From an uncultured delta proteobacterium (lineage in GTDB: Bacteria; Desulfobacterota; Desulfuromonadia; Desulfuromonadales; CAWBQR01), in assembly GCA_963791005.1 (NCBI GenBank), contig CAWBQR010000020.1, positions 47,322 through 111,321 on the forward strand: a stretch of 64,000 nucleotides of DNA. The letters run 5' to 3'. The notes under the pieces are model-generated. The model made no database searches. It had not been told where the DNA came from and was given only the letters and a program-made list of their open reading frames with translations. Shown piece by piece: positions 18,152-28,519 of this stretch. The stretch's first letter is position 1. Each line of letters begins with the position of its first letter. The translations under genes and the position numbers were made by a program.

Positions 18152-19886
18152 ATGAATCATCTTTCCATTCTCACAGCCCTGGCCGTGATCCTCCTGGGCG
18201 CCCTGGTCGGTGGGCGCCTGGCCGCCCTCTGCCGCATTCCCCGGGTCACCGGGTATCTCCTCGTCGGGTCTTTTCGCCGGGCCTTCCTTTGCCCGGCTTT
18301 CCGGGCTTCCGGTGCTGATCACGCCGGAAGCGCTCAAGGACCTGCGCCTGATCTCCGACGTGGCCCTGGCCCTGATCCTGATGAACATCGGCGGACAGTT
18401 CCGGGTGGAGAAGCCTGCGGCGCTGGAAGAGCCGGATCTTCCTCTTTTCCCTCGGAGAATCGGGCGTCACCTTCCTGCTGGTCGCCGCCGCCGACCTTCG
18501 GGGTCAATCTCGCCTTCCTGCAGAAGTCCGTCGCAGGGCTTTCGATCCTTCAGACCTCCCTGGTTTTCGGCCTGCTTGCTCGGCATCATCGCCGTGGCCA
18601 CCGCACCGGCGGCGACGCTGATGGTGATCCGCGAGTACGAGGCGGAAGGGCCGGTGACCGGCACCGTCCTGACCCTGGTCGGCCTCAACAACCTCGCCTC
18701 CATCCTCGCCTTCGCCCTGGCGGCCCACCTGCTCATCCGTCCTGGCGAAAGCCTGCCTCTGCTCGCCTTCCGGATGCTCGGCCCCATGCTGCTCGGCGGC
18801 CTCCTCGGTTTCCTGCTCTCGATTGCGGCCCAGTGGCTGGAGCTCTCCAGCGAGCGACAAGCTGCTGCTTCTCGGGGGCGTCGCCGCCGTCGGAGGGCTC
18901 TCCCGAGTCCTCGACCTCGACCCCATGCTCGCCAGCCTCGCCCTGGGGATGGTCCTGGCCAACAGCTCCCCCCACTGGCACCGCCTGCTCGAAGTCGCTG
19001 CGCCAGATCGACTATCCCCTTTATGTCGCCTTCTTCGTCCTGGCCGGGGCCAATCTTCATCTCGAAACCCTGACCCACATCGGCCTTCTCGGCATCGCCT
19101 ATGTCGTCGCGAGAACTCTGGGCAAGTGCTGGGGGCCTGCCTCGGCGCCCGCCTGGGGAAATTTCGGCGAACGCGAAGCGACGCTACGTCGGGTTCACCC
19201 TTCTGGCCCAGGCCGGGGTCGCCATCGGACTGGCCGGCACCCTGGCGCGCCAGTGGCCCGAGGGAGGGCATCTCATGGAGACGGTGGTCCTCGGGTCGGT
19301 GGTGGTTTTCGAGCTCATCGGCCCCCTGGCGGTACGTCACGGCCTGGTGCGCGCGGGGGAGGTGCCGATTCTGTCGCTGCTGCAGAAGCGGGCGCCGCAG
19401 GGGACCATGGAGGGACTTCACAGCGTGGTCCATCATTTCCGCTCGTCCCTGGGTCTGCCCGCCGGCCACCGGCTGCGGGACCCGGGAGACATCCTGGTGC
19501 GCCACGTCATGCGCCGCAACGTGGAGACCATCCGCAACGACACCCCTTTCAACGAACTTCTCCGGCTCATCGCCCACAGCCGCTACGACCGATTCCCGGT
19601 GGTCGACACCGAGGGGCGGTTCATCGGCATGATCAATTACACCGAAATCCGCAATCTCCTCTTCGAGCCCTCCCTTTCGCGGCTGGTCGTGGCCGGCGAC
19701 CTCGTCTCCCCCTTCCATCCTGCCATCGGTCCCGACCAGCCTCTGCGGGAGGCCCTGAAGACGATGCAGCTCAACCGGGACATCAGCTACTTTCCCGTCG
19801 CCGACCGCGACCAGCCCGACCGGCTGCTGGGCATCATCAGCCAGAACGACGTGATTGCCACCTTCCGACGCCCCGAAAATGCCTGA
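18152..19886 (+). pseudogene. Cation:proton antiporter (CPA-type) with C-terminal CBS pair; several frameshifts (as sequenced)
   Basis: MNHLSILTALAVILLGALVGGRLAALCRIPRVTGYLLVG (18152 frame); membrane segments in the 18210 and 18823 frames; C-terminus in the 19101 frame with two CBS-like repeats (ILVRHVMRRNVETI..., DLVSPFHPAIGPDQPLREAL...). Confidence 0.75.
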
Positions 19887-20197
19887 AAATCTACTTCCCC
19901 GGCCCTCCTTCAATCCTTTAAAAAATAATAATTTTTCCTCTTCCCTCCCGTTGACCTGGAAAGGGGCCTTGCTACACTTCCGGTCATCGGAAAAAGCATT
20001 TTCACTCGGAAAAATCTGATTTTCAAAGGCTGAAGGAAATCCGATCACAGCCCGAAGGATTGTGGCGCGAAACAGGAATTTGTCTTTGATTTATCCGTAG
20101 GTACCCGCTATTTCCGTGTCCATTTGCCGTTTTCGGTTTTTCCGCTCTGAAAAAAGTACCATCGGCGACGGCCCGGCGCCGGTCCGAAGGAGGCGAG

Positions 20198-20654
20198 ATG
20201 ATTACCCTCAACGTCAACGGGAAGTCGTACAAGGCGGATGTCGCAGAGGAGGTTCCCCTGCTGTGGGTCATCCGGGAGCACCTGGAGCTCACCGGAACCA
20301 AGTTCGGCTGCGGGATCGGCATGTGCGGGGCCTGCACCGTCCACATCGACGGCAAGGCCGAGCGCTCCTGCCAGGTCAAGGCCAAGGATGCCGAGGGGAA
20401 GAAAATCGTCACCATCGAAGGGCTGCCCGAGGACCATCCGGTCAAGACGGCCTGGATCGAGGAGCAGGTTCCCCAGTGCGGTTACTGCCAGCCGGGCCAG
20501 ATCATGCAGGCCTCGGCCCTGTTAAACCAGACCCCCGACCCCTCCGACGAACAGATCACCGAAGGGGATGAAAGGCAACCTCTGCCGCTGCGGAACCTAC
20601 CAGCACATCCGTAAGGCTATCAAAACGGCCGCCAAGAGGAGCAAAAAGTCATGA
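20198..20654 (+). pseudogene. (2Fe-2S)-binding small subunit of an IorA/aldehyde-oxidoreductase-type molybdoenzyme; one frameshift at the G run 20564-20567
   Basis: [11 protein letters not shown] and QCGYCQPG cluster motifs. Removing one G restores ...[32 protein letters not shown], with a stop at 20652-20654 overlapping the next ATG. Confidence 0.85.
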
Positions 20655-22827
20655 CAGCCCAAATGACCCGTCGTGAGTTCCTGGTCAGGACCTCGGCCGG
20701 CGCCGGCCTGACCATCGCCGTGGTGGCCACCCCGTTCGGCTACCGCCTCCTTTCGGCGGCCGAGGCCGCCGAAACCGAGGGGAGCATCTTCTCCCCCAAC
20801 ATCTGGCTGAATGTCGCCGGGGACGGCACCGTCACCGTCATCGTCAACAAATCGGAGATGGGCCAGGGGGTCTATACCTCTCTGCCGATGATCGTCGCCG
20901 AGGAGCTCTCCGCCGACTGGAAAAAGGTCGTCATGACCGAAGCCCCCGCGGCCGACAGGTACAAGGATCCCGTCTGGGGGATGCAGGCCACAGGCGGCAG
21001 CACCAGCGTCCGTCACATGTACGAACCTCTGAGCCTCGCCGGGGCGGCAGGGCGGGAGATGCTGATCGCGGCGGCGGCCAAAACCTGGGGGGTGCCCGAA
21101 GGCGAGTGCGAGGCCGACCGGCAGCAGGGTGAAGCACGCCAAAAGCGGCAAGACCCTCACCTTCGGCGAGCTCGCCGCCCAGGCGGGCAGCGCAGCCCGT
21201 GCCCCAGAACCCGAAGCTGAAGAACCGGGAGCAGTTTGCCATCGTCGGCGAGGCCCTCGACCGTCTCGACGTCCCCGAAAAGGTGCAGGGAAAGGCCCGC
21301 TTCGGCATCGACGCGATGCCCGAGGGGAGGCTCTATGCCTCCATCGCCCGCCCTCCGGCCTTCGGCGCCGAAACCGAAATCCTTCGACAAGAAGGCGGCC
21401 CTTAAAATCAAGGGCGTCAAGCACGTCGCCTCCCTGGAGACGGGCGTCGCCGTCTGCGCGACCTCTCTCGATGTGGCCTGGAAGGGACGCGATGCCCTGA
21501 AGGTGCAGTGGAGCGAGGGGACCCGGCCGAAGATGGACAACGACTCGCTGAAAAAGGACTTCCATGAGCACATGAAGAAGTCGGGGGTGAGCGCCCTCGA
21601 CAAGGGGGATGCGGATAAAGCCCTCTCCGCGGCGAAAAAGACGGTCGAGGCCTCCTATCTCGTTCCCTATCTCTGCCACGTGACGATGGAGCCGATGAAC
21701 TGCACCGCGTCGGTGAGCAGGGATCGCTGCGAAATCTGGGTGCCGACCCAGAACCAGAGCGGGGTGCTGAAAATGGCCCGGAAGATCACCGGGCTGAAAG
21801 CGGAACAGATCCGTGTCCACACCACCTTTCTCGGCGGCGGCTTCGGCCGGCGTTTCGAGCTCGACATGGTGGAGCCGACCCTCAAACTGGCCAAGGAGAC
21901 GGGAAAGCCGGTCAAGTGGATCTACAAGCGCGAGGAGGATACCCGGTACGACTTCTACCGCCCCTCCAGTCTCTGCCATATCACGGGAGGCCTGGACGAC
22001 TCGGGCAACATCGTCGGGTGGAAGCACAAGATCGTCTGCCCTTCCATCTGGGCCAGGGTCAACCCCGGCCGGATGGAAGGCGGCGTGGACCCCTCCGCTG
22101 TGGAAGGGGTGGTCAACACGCCCTACGAAATCCCCAGCATGCAGGTGGAATACGTCCGGATCGACCTGCCCATCCCCGTCGGCTTCTGGCGCTCGGTAGG
22201 CAACTCGATCAACGGCTTCACCATGGAAAGCTTCATGGACGAGATGGCCCACGCCGCCGGGAAGGACCCCCTGGCAGTTCCGCCTCAATCATCTCAAAAA
22301 CCACCCCCGCCCCAAAAAGCTCCTGGAGACGGTGGCCGACAAGGCCGGATGGGGCAAGAGCCTTCCCGAGGGGCAGGGCCATGGGAATCGCCCAGCACTT
22401 CTCCTTCAACTCCTACTTCGCGCAGGTGGCGGAGGTTTCGGTGGACAAGTCCTCCGGCAAGATCACGGTGCATCGCATCGTCTCCGGCGTCGACTGCGGC
22501 CGGGTGGTCAATCCGGCCATCGTCCAGGCCCAGATGCGCGGCGGGTCCCTCTTCGGTCTGAGCGCCGCACTGAAGGAGGAGGTCTCCTTCGGTAAGGGAG
22601 GCGTCGAGTCGGCCAATTTCTACAACTACCCGATCCTGCGCATCGAGGAGGCGCCGCATGTCGAAACCCACATCGTCGTGAGCGGCGCCGAGCTCGGAGG
22701 GATGGGCGAACCGCCGGTGCCCCCCATCGCCCCCGCAGTAGCCAACGCCGTTTTCGCCGCCACGGGAGCGCGCCTGCGGCAGCTGCCGATGACCCCGATG
22801 AACGTTCAGGCGGCCATGAAGAGCTGA
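20651..22827 (+). pseudogene. Molybdopterin-binding large subunit (IorB/aldehyde oxidase-xanthine dehydrogenase family) with Tat signal; at least 3 frameshifts (as sequenced)
   Basis: MTAQMTRREFLVRTSAGAGL twin-arginine leader. Collinear fragments 20651..21220, 21199..21405, 21236..22561 and 21916..22827 add up to ~725 codons. Confidence 0.8.
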
Positions 22828-22865
22828 GCTCCAGGGACCGCTCTATAAGCCGGGAGTTAAAAATT

Positions 22866-23711
22866 ATGGAAGATACGGAGATTTACGAGGAGATCATCCG
22901 CCTGAAGCGGGAGAGGATACCGGCCGCCCTGGCGATCGTCGTCGGCAGCTCCGGATCGGCCCCCCGCAAAGCGGGGGCTAAAATGCTGGTGCGCGGGGAC
23001 GGGTCGATCCTGGGGACGGTGGGGGGCGGAAAAATCGAGGCCGATACCGTCCTCGCCGTCCCCGACGTGCTGAAGGAGGGCGTCCCCAAGACCCTTTCCT
23101 TCTCCCTTATCGAGGAGCAGGGGCTTTGCTGCGGAGGCCAGGTGCAGGTCTACATCGAGCCTGTCGCCTTCCCGCCCCATCTGGTGGCCGTAGGCTCGGG
23201 CCATGTCGGCCAGGCTCTCACCCGCGCTGCCCGCCACGCCGGCTTTGCCGTCACCCTGGTCGACCCCCACCCCGAGGAGGCGGCGGGCAGGGTCGACGGC
23301 TTCCTCCCGGCCGACGTCGTCTGCCCTGTCCCGGAGATTTTCTCCCGGGTGCGGGCGGACCGCGGCACCTACATCCTCATCGCCACCCGCGGCCACAGGG
23401 ACGACTTTCTGGCCGTTCGCGAGGCCCTCTCCACGGAGGCCTGCTTCATCGGGCTGGTCGGCAGCCGGCGCAAGCGAAGCGCCCTGCACTCCTTTTTGGA
23501 GGAGGCGGGAGTTGCCGCCTCCGACGCCGACCGGGTCATATCCCCCGTCGGGCTCGACATCGGTGCCCAGACGCCGGAGGAAATCGCCGTCAGCATCCTC
23601 GCCCAGATGATCCAGCACAGGAGAAGCCATGCCGCAGGTATCCGCGATTCTTCTCGCCGCGGGAAATTCGGGACGGATGGGGCGACCCAAGCCGCTTCTT
23701 CCCCTGGGTAG
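22866..23711 (+). CDS. xdhC: XdhC-family molybdoenzyme maturation factor
   Basis: 281-aa ORF with an XdhC/CoxI N-domain (ALAIVVGSSGSAPRKAGAKMLV) and a Rossmann-like part (LVAVGSGHVGQAL). The last ~27 codons overlap the next gene, so the true stop may be earlier. Confidence 0.8.
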   Translation: MEDTEIYEEIIRLKRERIPAALAIVVGSSGSAPRKAGAKMLVRGDGSILGTVGGGKIEADTVLAVPDVLKEGVPKTLSFSLIEEQGLCCGGQVQVYIEPVAFPPHLVAVGSGHVGQALTRAARHAGFAVTLVDPHPEEAAGRVDGFLPADVVCPVPEIFSRVRADRGTYILIATRGHRDDFLAVREALSTEACFIGLVGSRRKRSALHSFLEEAGVAASDADRVISPVGLDIGAQTPEEIAVSILAQMIQHRRSHAAGIRDSSRRGKFGTDGATQAASSPG

Positions 23712-24228
23712 CCGCTCGGTCATCGAGCGCTGCCTGGAGAGCCTCTTCGCCGCAGGCGTGGAAGACGTGATCGCCGTCATCGGCCCCTCGGGAGAGGCTA
23801 TTGCCGCCGTGCTGAACGATTCGGTCATCTTCGTGCGAAACCTGGCGCCGAAAAGCGACATGGCCGCCTCGGTGCGCCTGGGGGCGCGCCGTGTCGCGCC
23901 AAGAGCTTCCGGGGTCCTGGTTGCCTTGGCCGACCATCCTCTCGTCCGCCCTTCCACCATCCGATCCCTTCTCGAAACCCATGCACGCCATCCCCACCGG
24001 ATAATCATCCCGACTTTCGGCGGGCGTAGGGGCCACCCGGTCCTTTTCCCCGGAAAAATACTCGGTGAAATTTTCGCCCTTCCGACCCTGAAGGAGGTCG
24101 TCCACAGAAACCCCGAGCGCGTCCTGCCGGTCTGCGAGTGCTCCGACCCGGGAATAATCCTCGACATGGACACTCCGGAGGATTATATTCGAATCCTGGA
24201 AATCTGGGAGCAACAGGAAATGGCTTGA
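23629..24228 (+). CDS. mocA: MobA-like nucleotidyltransferase (molybdenum cofactor cytidylyltransferase MocA-like)
   Basis: MPQVSAILLAAGNSGRMGRPKPLLPL is the signature N-terminus of MobA/MocA enzymes. 199-aa intact ORF directly after xdhC. Confidence 0.75.
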   Translation: MPQVSAILLAAGNSGRMGRPKPLLPLGSRSVIERCLESLFAAGVEDVIAVIGPSGEAIAAVLNDSVIFVRNLAPKSDMAASVRLGARRVAPRASGVLVALADHPLVRPSTIRSLLETHARHPHRIIIPTFGGRRGHPVLFPGKILGEIFALPTLKEVVHRNPERVLPVCECSDPGIILDMDTPEDYIRILEIWEQQEMA

Positions 24229-24530
24229 TGCGCGCCCGGCGTCGTTGCTGAGAGCTCGTCCTTCCTCTTACTGACAGAAATTCTTCACCTTTAAAACCCC
24301 GTTGGACACGTATAAATCTGATCGAATCGGAATAAACCGGATTCCAGCGCCCGATTTTTTCTTCAACGAAAAGAAGAGGGGTGGTATTCATGGCCTGGCT
24401 GCTGGTAGAATCCGGAACATAGAAGGCGAAAGCCTTTGCAGCGTTTTCCTGGGAAGCCAGTGCCCGGGTTGCCCGTCCGTAGCCGCCAGGCCAAGGCGGG
24501 TCACCAATCCCCATTCACGGATTTTCGGCC

Positions 24531-25241
24531 ATGTCACTCATCGAGCTGACCGACGTCACCAAGATTTATCCTCTCGGCCACCGGCATGTCACCGCCATCT
24601 CGGGCCTTAACCTGCGACTGGAGCCGGAGGAATTCACCGTCCTGGCGGGGCCTTCGGGAAGCGGGAAGACGACGGTGCTCAACCTGATCGGCTGTCTCGA
24701 CAGCCCGACGGAGGGGAAGGTCGCCGTCGAGGGGCGTGATGTCGGAGGGGACTCGGCCCGGGAGCTGGCCGACTTCCGCCTGCACAAGATCGGCTTTATC
24801 TTCCAATCCTACAACCTCATTCCGGTATTGACGGCGGAGGAAAACGCCGAGTTCACCCTGATGCTGCAGGGGGTGCCCAAGCCGGAACGCCGCCGCCGGG
24901 TGAGGGAACTCTTCACCGATCTGGGGATCGGGGGACTGGAGAACCGCAAACCCAACGACCTCTCGGGAGGCCAGCAGCAGAGGGTCTCCATCGCCCGCGC
25001 CATGGCCCCGCACCCGGCCGTGGTCCTCGCCGACGAGCCGACCGCCAACCTCGATTCCCGAACCGCAGAGGACCTTCTGGCCCTGATGCGACGTCTCAAC
25101 GAGGAGAAGGGGATGACTTTCCTCTTCAGCTCCCATGACCCCCTGGTTATCGCCTATGCCCGGCGGGTCGTCCGCCTGCGGGACGGGCACATGGAGTCGG
25201 ACATCCGACAGCAGGAGCGAGGCAATCTCCGGAACCCCTGA
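24531..25241 (+). CDS. ABC transporter ATP-binding protein (LolD/MacB/FtsE-like), no adjacent permease gene
   Basis: Walker A GPSGSGKTT, signature LSGGQQQRV, Walker B VVLADEPT; 236 aa, intact. Confidence 0.85.
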   Translation: MSLIELTDVTKIYPLGHRHVTAISGLNLRLEPEEFTVLAGPSGSGKTTVLNLIGCLDSPTEGKVAVEGRDVGGDSARELADFRLHKIGFIFQSYNLIPVLTAEENAEFTLMLQGVPKPERRRRVRELFTDLGIGGLENRKPNDLSGGQQQRVSIARAMAPHPAVVLADEPTANLDSRTAEDLLALMRRLNEEKGMTFLFSSHDPLVIAYARRVVRLRDGHMESDIRQQERGNLRNP

Positions 25242-25250
25242 CACAAAAAA

Positions 25251-25278
25251 AGAGCCGGAAATCCGGCTCTTTTTTTTA
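25251..25278. terminator. Rho-independent terminator, bidirectional (A-tract/stem/T-tract)
   Basis: AGAGCCGG-aaat-CCGGCTCT followed by T8 and preceded by A7. Lies between convergent genes. Confidence 0.8.
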
Positions 25279-25316
25279 AACTCATCCCGAGTATCCAACC
25301 CTGTCGAGCGCCTCCC

Positions 25317-26012
25317 CTAGGGAGCCGGAGCGTACTGGGTCAGCACCTGATGGAGCTTCTGCGCGGCCGGGGGGGTCTTGGGCACCTGGCCGGCCAGGAT
25401 GTCTCTGGCGGAAATATCGGGTTTGCCGTAAAACTCGCCGTTGTCGTCCGCATCGATTTTCAAGGCTGCTCCCTCCAGTGAGATTCCGGCAAATATGCCG
25501 CGGCTTCGCGAGTAGGAATAGATCTCCGCTTTGAGCTGGACATCTGTAGCCGCCTCGGCGCTGCGGCCCACGGGCCCGGCAGCCACGGCGGCATCGGCGC
25601 CCAGGGTGTATTTGCCGTGCATGATCCCCTCGACGCTGCGGGGGGATTTGAAAACCAGGAGGATGTCGGTCGAGGACGCTCCGATCTGCCAGCCGACGCT
25701 CCCTCCGTACAGTGAAATGAAGGTCGGAGGGCTCCAGTCGCCGCTTTTTTCACGCACCGCGAGGACGCCGGTCCCGTAACGGCCTCCAACGATGAACCCT
25801 GCCTTGATCACCCCCGGGATAATGGCGATCCCGTAGGCATTTTTAAGCAGTTCGGGGGGAATGGCGTTTTCAGGAACGGACATTATCTGCTGCATGACGG
25901 TGACGGCCTCACCGACTTTCTCCCCAGGTTGTTCGGCTGCCTGACCCCGGACGGGGAGAAAAATCGTCATGGCAACAAGGAAGGTTGCAAAACTGAACGA
26001 CCACTTTTTCAT
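25317..26012 (-). CDS. SYLF (DUF500/Ysc84-like) lipid-binding domain protein, secreted
   Basis: 231-aa intact ORF with a signal peptide. AIIPGVIKAGFIVGGRYGTGVL...GGSVGWQIG...LGADAAVAAGPVGR is typical of the SYLF domain. Confidence 0.75.
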   Translation of the reverse strand: MKKWSFSFATFLVAMTIFLPVRGQAAEQPGEKVGEAVTVMQQIMSVPENAIPPELLKNAYGIAIIPGVIKAGFIVGGRYGTGVLAVREKSGDWSPPTFISLYGGSVGWQIGASSTDILLVFKSPRSVEGIMHGKYTLGADAAVAAGPVGRSAEAATDVQLKAEIYSYSRSRGIFAGISLEGAALKIDADDNGEFYGKPDISARDILAGQVPKTPPAAQKLHQVLTQYAPAP

Positions 26013-26304
26013 GGTTCGGCTCCTTTCGGTCAGTGCAGGTTTCCTGTAGTTCTTTAGTCATTAAATCAGGTGCGGACCGAAAGTCAATTTTGACAAACAT
26101 AGAGAACTTCCGTGCCGAAAGGGGACGTTTCTTACCGGGGAGATGAGAAGTTCTATTTACACCGACGACACATTCGCCAGCAGGGAGGAGGCGGTCGATG
26201 CCTGCCTGGTCTCCGGCTGAAACATTGTCAACGGCCTGGAGAAAACGGCCCTGACGATCGGAATCCGCCGATGCCCCTGCGAACCATAACGAGCCCTCCT
26301 CCTT

Positions 26305-27876
26305 TTAGAAGCCCTCTACATTCGATGCCGGTCTGGCAAGGACCGGAATGTTGTCGAGCACCCTCGCCCGACTCTCCCTGTTTGTGTCGAGGGAGACCCG
26401 GTCGAGCATATACCCCGCCAGCTGAAGAAATTGCATGGCTTCTTTTCTGGCCTTTGCGTATCCGGATGGCCCGACGGGGTCGCGGGAGGGGACATAGACC
26501 AGGGCACGATGGTCGGCGTGCAGAAAAAAGGTCACATACACCCTGGGAAGACCTCCCTTTTTCAGGCCGATGACAAATGCCGAACAATACTGGCTCGGGA
26601 ACCCTTCCAGGGAAAGTTGCGAAGGACCGATGGATTGGTAAACCTCGACGACCTCGTCGGCGTCGGAATATCCGACGATGGGCAGGTTCCAATCGACCAG
26701 AAAGGAAGCGCCGGGAAAAGAGGGGCGGGAGCAGCCCCCCGGAGGCGGGCCGACCCTGGAAGCATGTCTGTCCCTGGCGCCGGTGAGCCAGTCGAGCCGT
26801 GGCAGGCTCCTGATTTCCTCCGTTTCCCCCGAACCTGTTTCCTGCCCCCGTTCCATTTTCGCCGTCACATCGGCCAATCGCTTTTCCGCCAGGGATTTCT
26901 CCGCCGCCAGCCGCTCCCGTTCCCGGCTTTCGAACTCGGCGCGCTCCCGGGTCAGTCGAAGGGCCCGGGTCAGTTCCTCAGCCCGGGTTTCCGCCCCGGC
27001 CTTCGCCGCAAGAAGCCTCTCCACCTGCGCCCTTGCCGCCGGAGCTTCCAACGCCTTTTCCCGGGTCGATCGCAGCGCCCTTGAAAGGTCTTTCAGCTGG
27101 TTTTCCAACAAAGACTTCTCTGCCGCAAGCCGTTCTCTCTCGGAACGTTCCAACTCGAAGTTCCCGACCGCCTCCCGGTAGGAGGCCAGAAGCTCTTCCA
27201 GCTTCGATTCGACCGCCCTTTTCTCGGTCTCCAGGCGTTCACCGTGGTGCCTTTCGGCGACAAGACGCTCTTTTTCGCTACGCTCCTCGGCCATCTTCGC
27301 CTCGGCCAGCCCCACCGCCTCCGTCAACTCCTGCACCCGTTTTTCAACGAGCGCCTTCTCCCGGGACAGGCGCTCCCACTGGGCCCGATCAGCCTCCAGG
27401 CGCTCCCTTTCGGTGCGTTCGACGGCGGTTTTCGCCTCAGCCAGCTGCACGGCCCTTCCCAGTTCCCGCAACTGTCTTTCCGCAAGGATCTTCTCCGCTC
27501 CCAGACGCTCCCGTTCGGCGCGTTCTTCGACCAGCCTTTCTTCGGTCAAGCGGACCGACTCGGCAAGTTCCGCGGCACGGGCTTCGGCCGCAGCCTTCTC
27601 CGCCGCCAGACGCTCGTCCCCGGCCTTTGCGGTCCTCAGCCTCTCGCGTTCGCCGCATTCGGCGGCAAGGCGCTCCTCGCTGAGCCTGACGCGCCGGGCC
27701 AACTCGGCCGCCCGAGCTTCCGCCTCTTTTTTCGCTGCAGCCAGGCGTTCTCGTTCGCGGCGTTCAGCGGCCAGCCGCTCTTCTGCCAGGCGAACGGCCC
27801 GGGTCAGATCGGAGGTCCGCTTCTCCGCCCCCGCTTTTTCGGCAGCGATCCTTTCCTGTTCTTTTTGCAGGATCAC
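26305..27876 (-). CDS. Repetitive coiled-coil protein with C-terminal unknown domain X (523 aa; GTG start overlapping the upstream stop, or the downstream part of a fused gene)
   Basis: About 9 tandem repeats of ~35 aa (..RERLAAEK...EL.RAVRL.EERL....), then a globular domain FLVDWNLPIVG...LVYVPSRDP...AGYMLDRVSL...IPVL. Confidence 0.7.
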   Translation of the reverse strand: MILQKEQERIAAEKAGAEKRTSDLTRAVRLAEERLAAERRERERLAAAKKEAEARAAELARRVRLSEERLAAECGERERLRTAKAGDERLAAEKAAAEARAAELAESVRLTEERLVEERAERERLGAEKILAERQLRELGRAVQLAEAKTAVERTERERLEADRAQWERLSREKALVEKRVQELTEAVGLAEAKMAEERSEKERLVAERHHGERLETEKRAVESKLEELLASYREAVGNFELERSERERLAAEKSLLENQLKDLSRALRSTREKALEAPAARAQVERLLAAKAGAETRAEELTRALRLTRERAEFESRERERLAAEKSLAEKRLADVTAKMERGQETGSGETEEIRSLPRLDWLTGARDRHASRVGPPPGGCSRPSFPGASFLVDWNLPIVGYSDADEVVEVYQSIGPSQLSLEGFPSQYCSAFVIGLKKGGLPRVYVTFFLHADHRALVYVPSRDPVGPSGYAKARKEAMQFLQLAGYMLDRVSLDTNRESRARVLDNIPVLARPASNVEGF

Positions 27877-28469
27877 GAAGCGCTTTTCAGCCGCCTCCTT
27901 TTCAGCCGCCTCCTTTTCGCGGCAGCCGATTCCCTGGAAGATGCCAGGCCGAATCTGATCTTTTCAACGACAAGGCCCAGCGCTTCGACCCGCGCCCGAA
28001 TCAACGCTTCGGCCCGGTCTTTCTCCCTCCCCTCCCGGGTTTGGTCCCGCTCGCCGCCAACCCTGTGCACCAAGGCTTTCCGGAAGGCCTCCGGGCTCAG
28101 AACAACCGGAAGACTGCGCACCATAACCTCCCGAAGGGCTGTACCGTAGTTGAGGTTCACCCCTTCCATGACAAACCCCAGGGCTCTTGCCAGCTCCAGG
28201 GCCGCCGCACGGAGCTTATCCTCCCCGTCCACCCCGGCCGGAAGGGAGCCGTCGGGAACATAGACCAAGCACTTGCGGCTTTCCTTGAGGTAGAGCGCGA
28301 GGTGAACCCGCCTTGTCTCTTCCCTGCGCACCAGGCATACAAAACATTCGCAGACAACCGGCGCGAGGCCCTCCAGGGGGATGGCAACGGGAAGCTGGGA
28401 CCGGTAGACGGCCTCCACTTCCGGCTCGACGGCCTGAATGCCGGGAAACGAACTGTCGAGAACGAACAT
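27873..28469 (-). CDS. Unknown protein with N-terminal copy of domain X and the start of a coiled coil (198 aa from ATG 28469)
   Basis: ATG 28469 follows GGAGG. FVLDSSFPGIQ...LVYVPDGS...LGFVMEGVNL...LPVV aligns with the C-terminal domain of the next ORF. The basic tail KRRRLKRRRLK comes from a duplicated 15-mer. Confidence 0.6.
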   Translation of the reverse strand: MFVLDSSFPGIQAVEPEVEAVYRSQLPVAIPLEGLAPVVCECFVCLVRREETRRVHLALYLKESRKCLVYVPDGSLPAGVDGEDKLRAAALELARALGFVMEGVNLNYGTALREVMVRSLPVVLSPEAFRKALVHRVGGERDQTREGREKDRAEALIRARVEALGLVVEKIRFGLASSRESAAAKRRRLKRRRLKSAS

Positions 28470-28519
28470 AGGGCCTCCGGGAGATGGCCCCGGGCGGCAG
28501 GCGCAAAAAAGCCGGGGCT

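Noticed and set aside
19951-20197. Moco riboswitch, and a sigma54 promoter (TGGAAAGGGGCCTTGC at 19957-19972), upstream of the molybdoenzyme operon
   Set aside because: Only the 3' hairpin and GGAGG resemble the Moco motif. The sigma54-like element has 11 rather than 10 nt between GG and GC, though it contains a G run that could be mis-sized.
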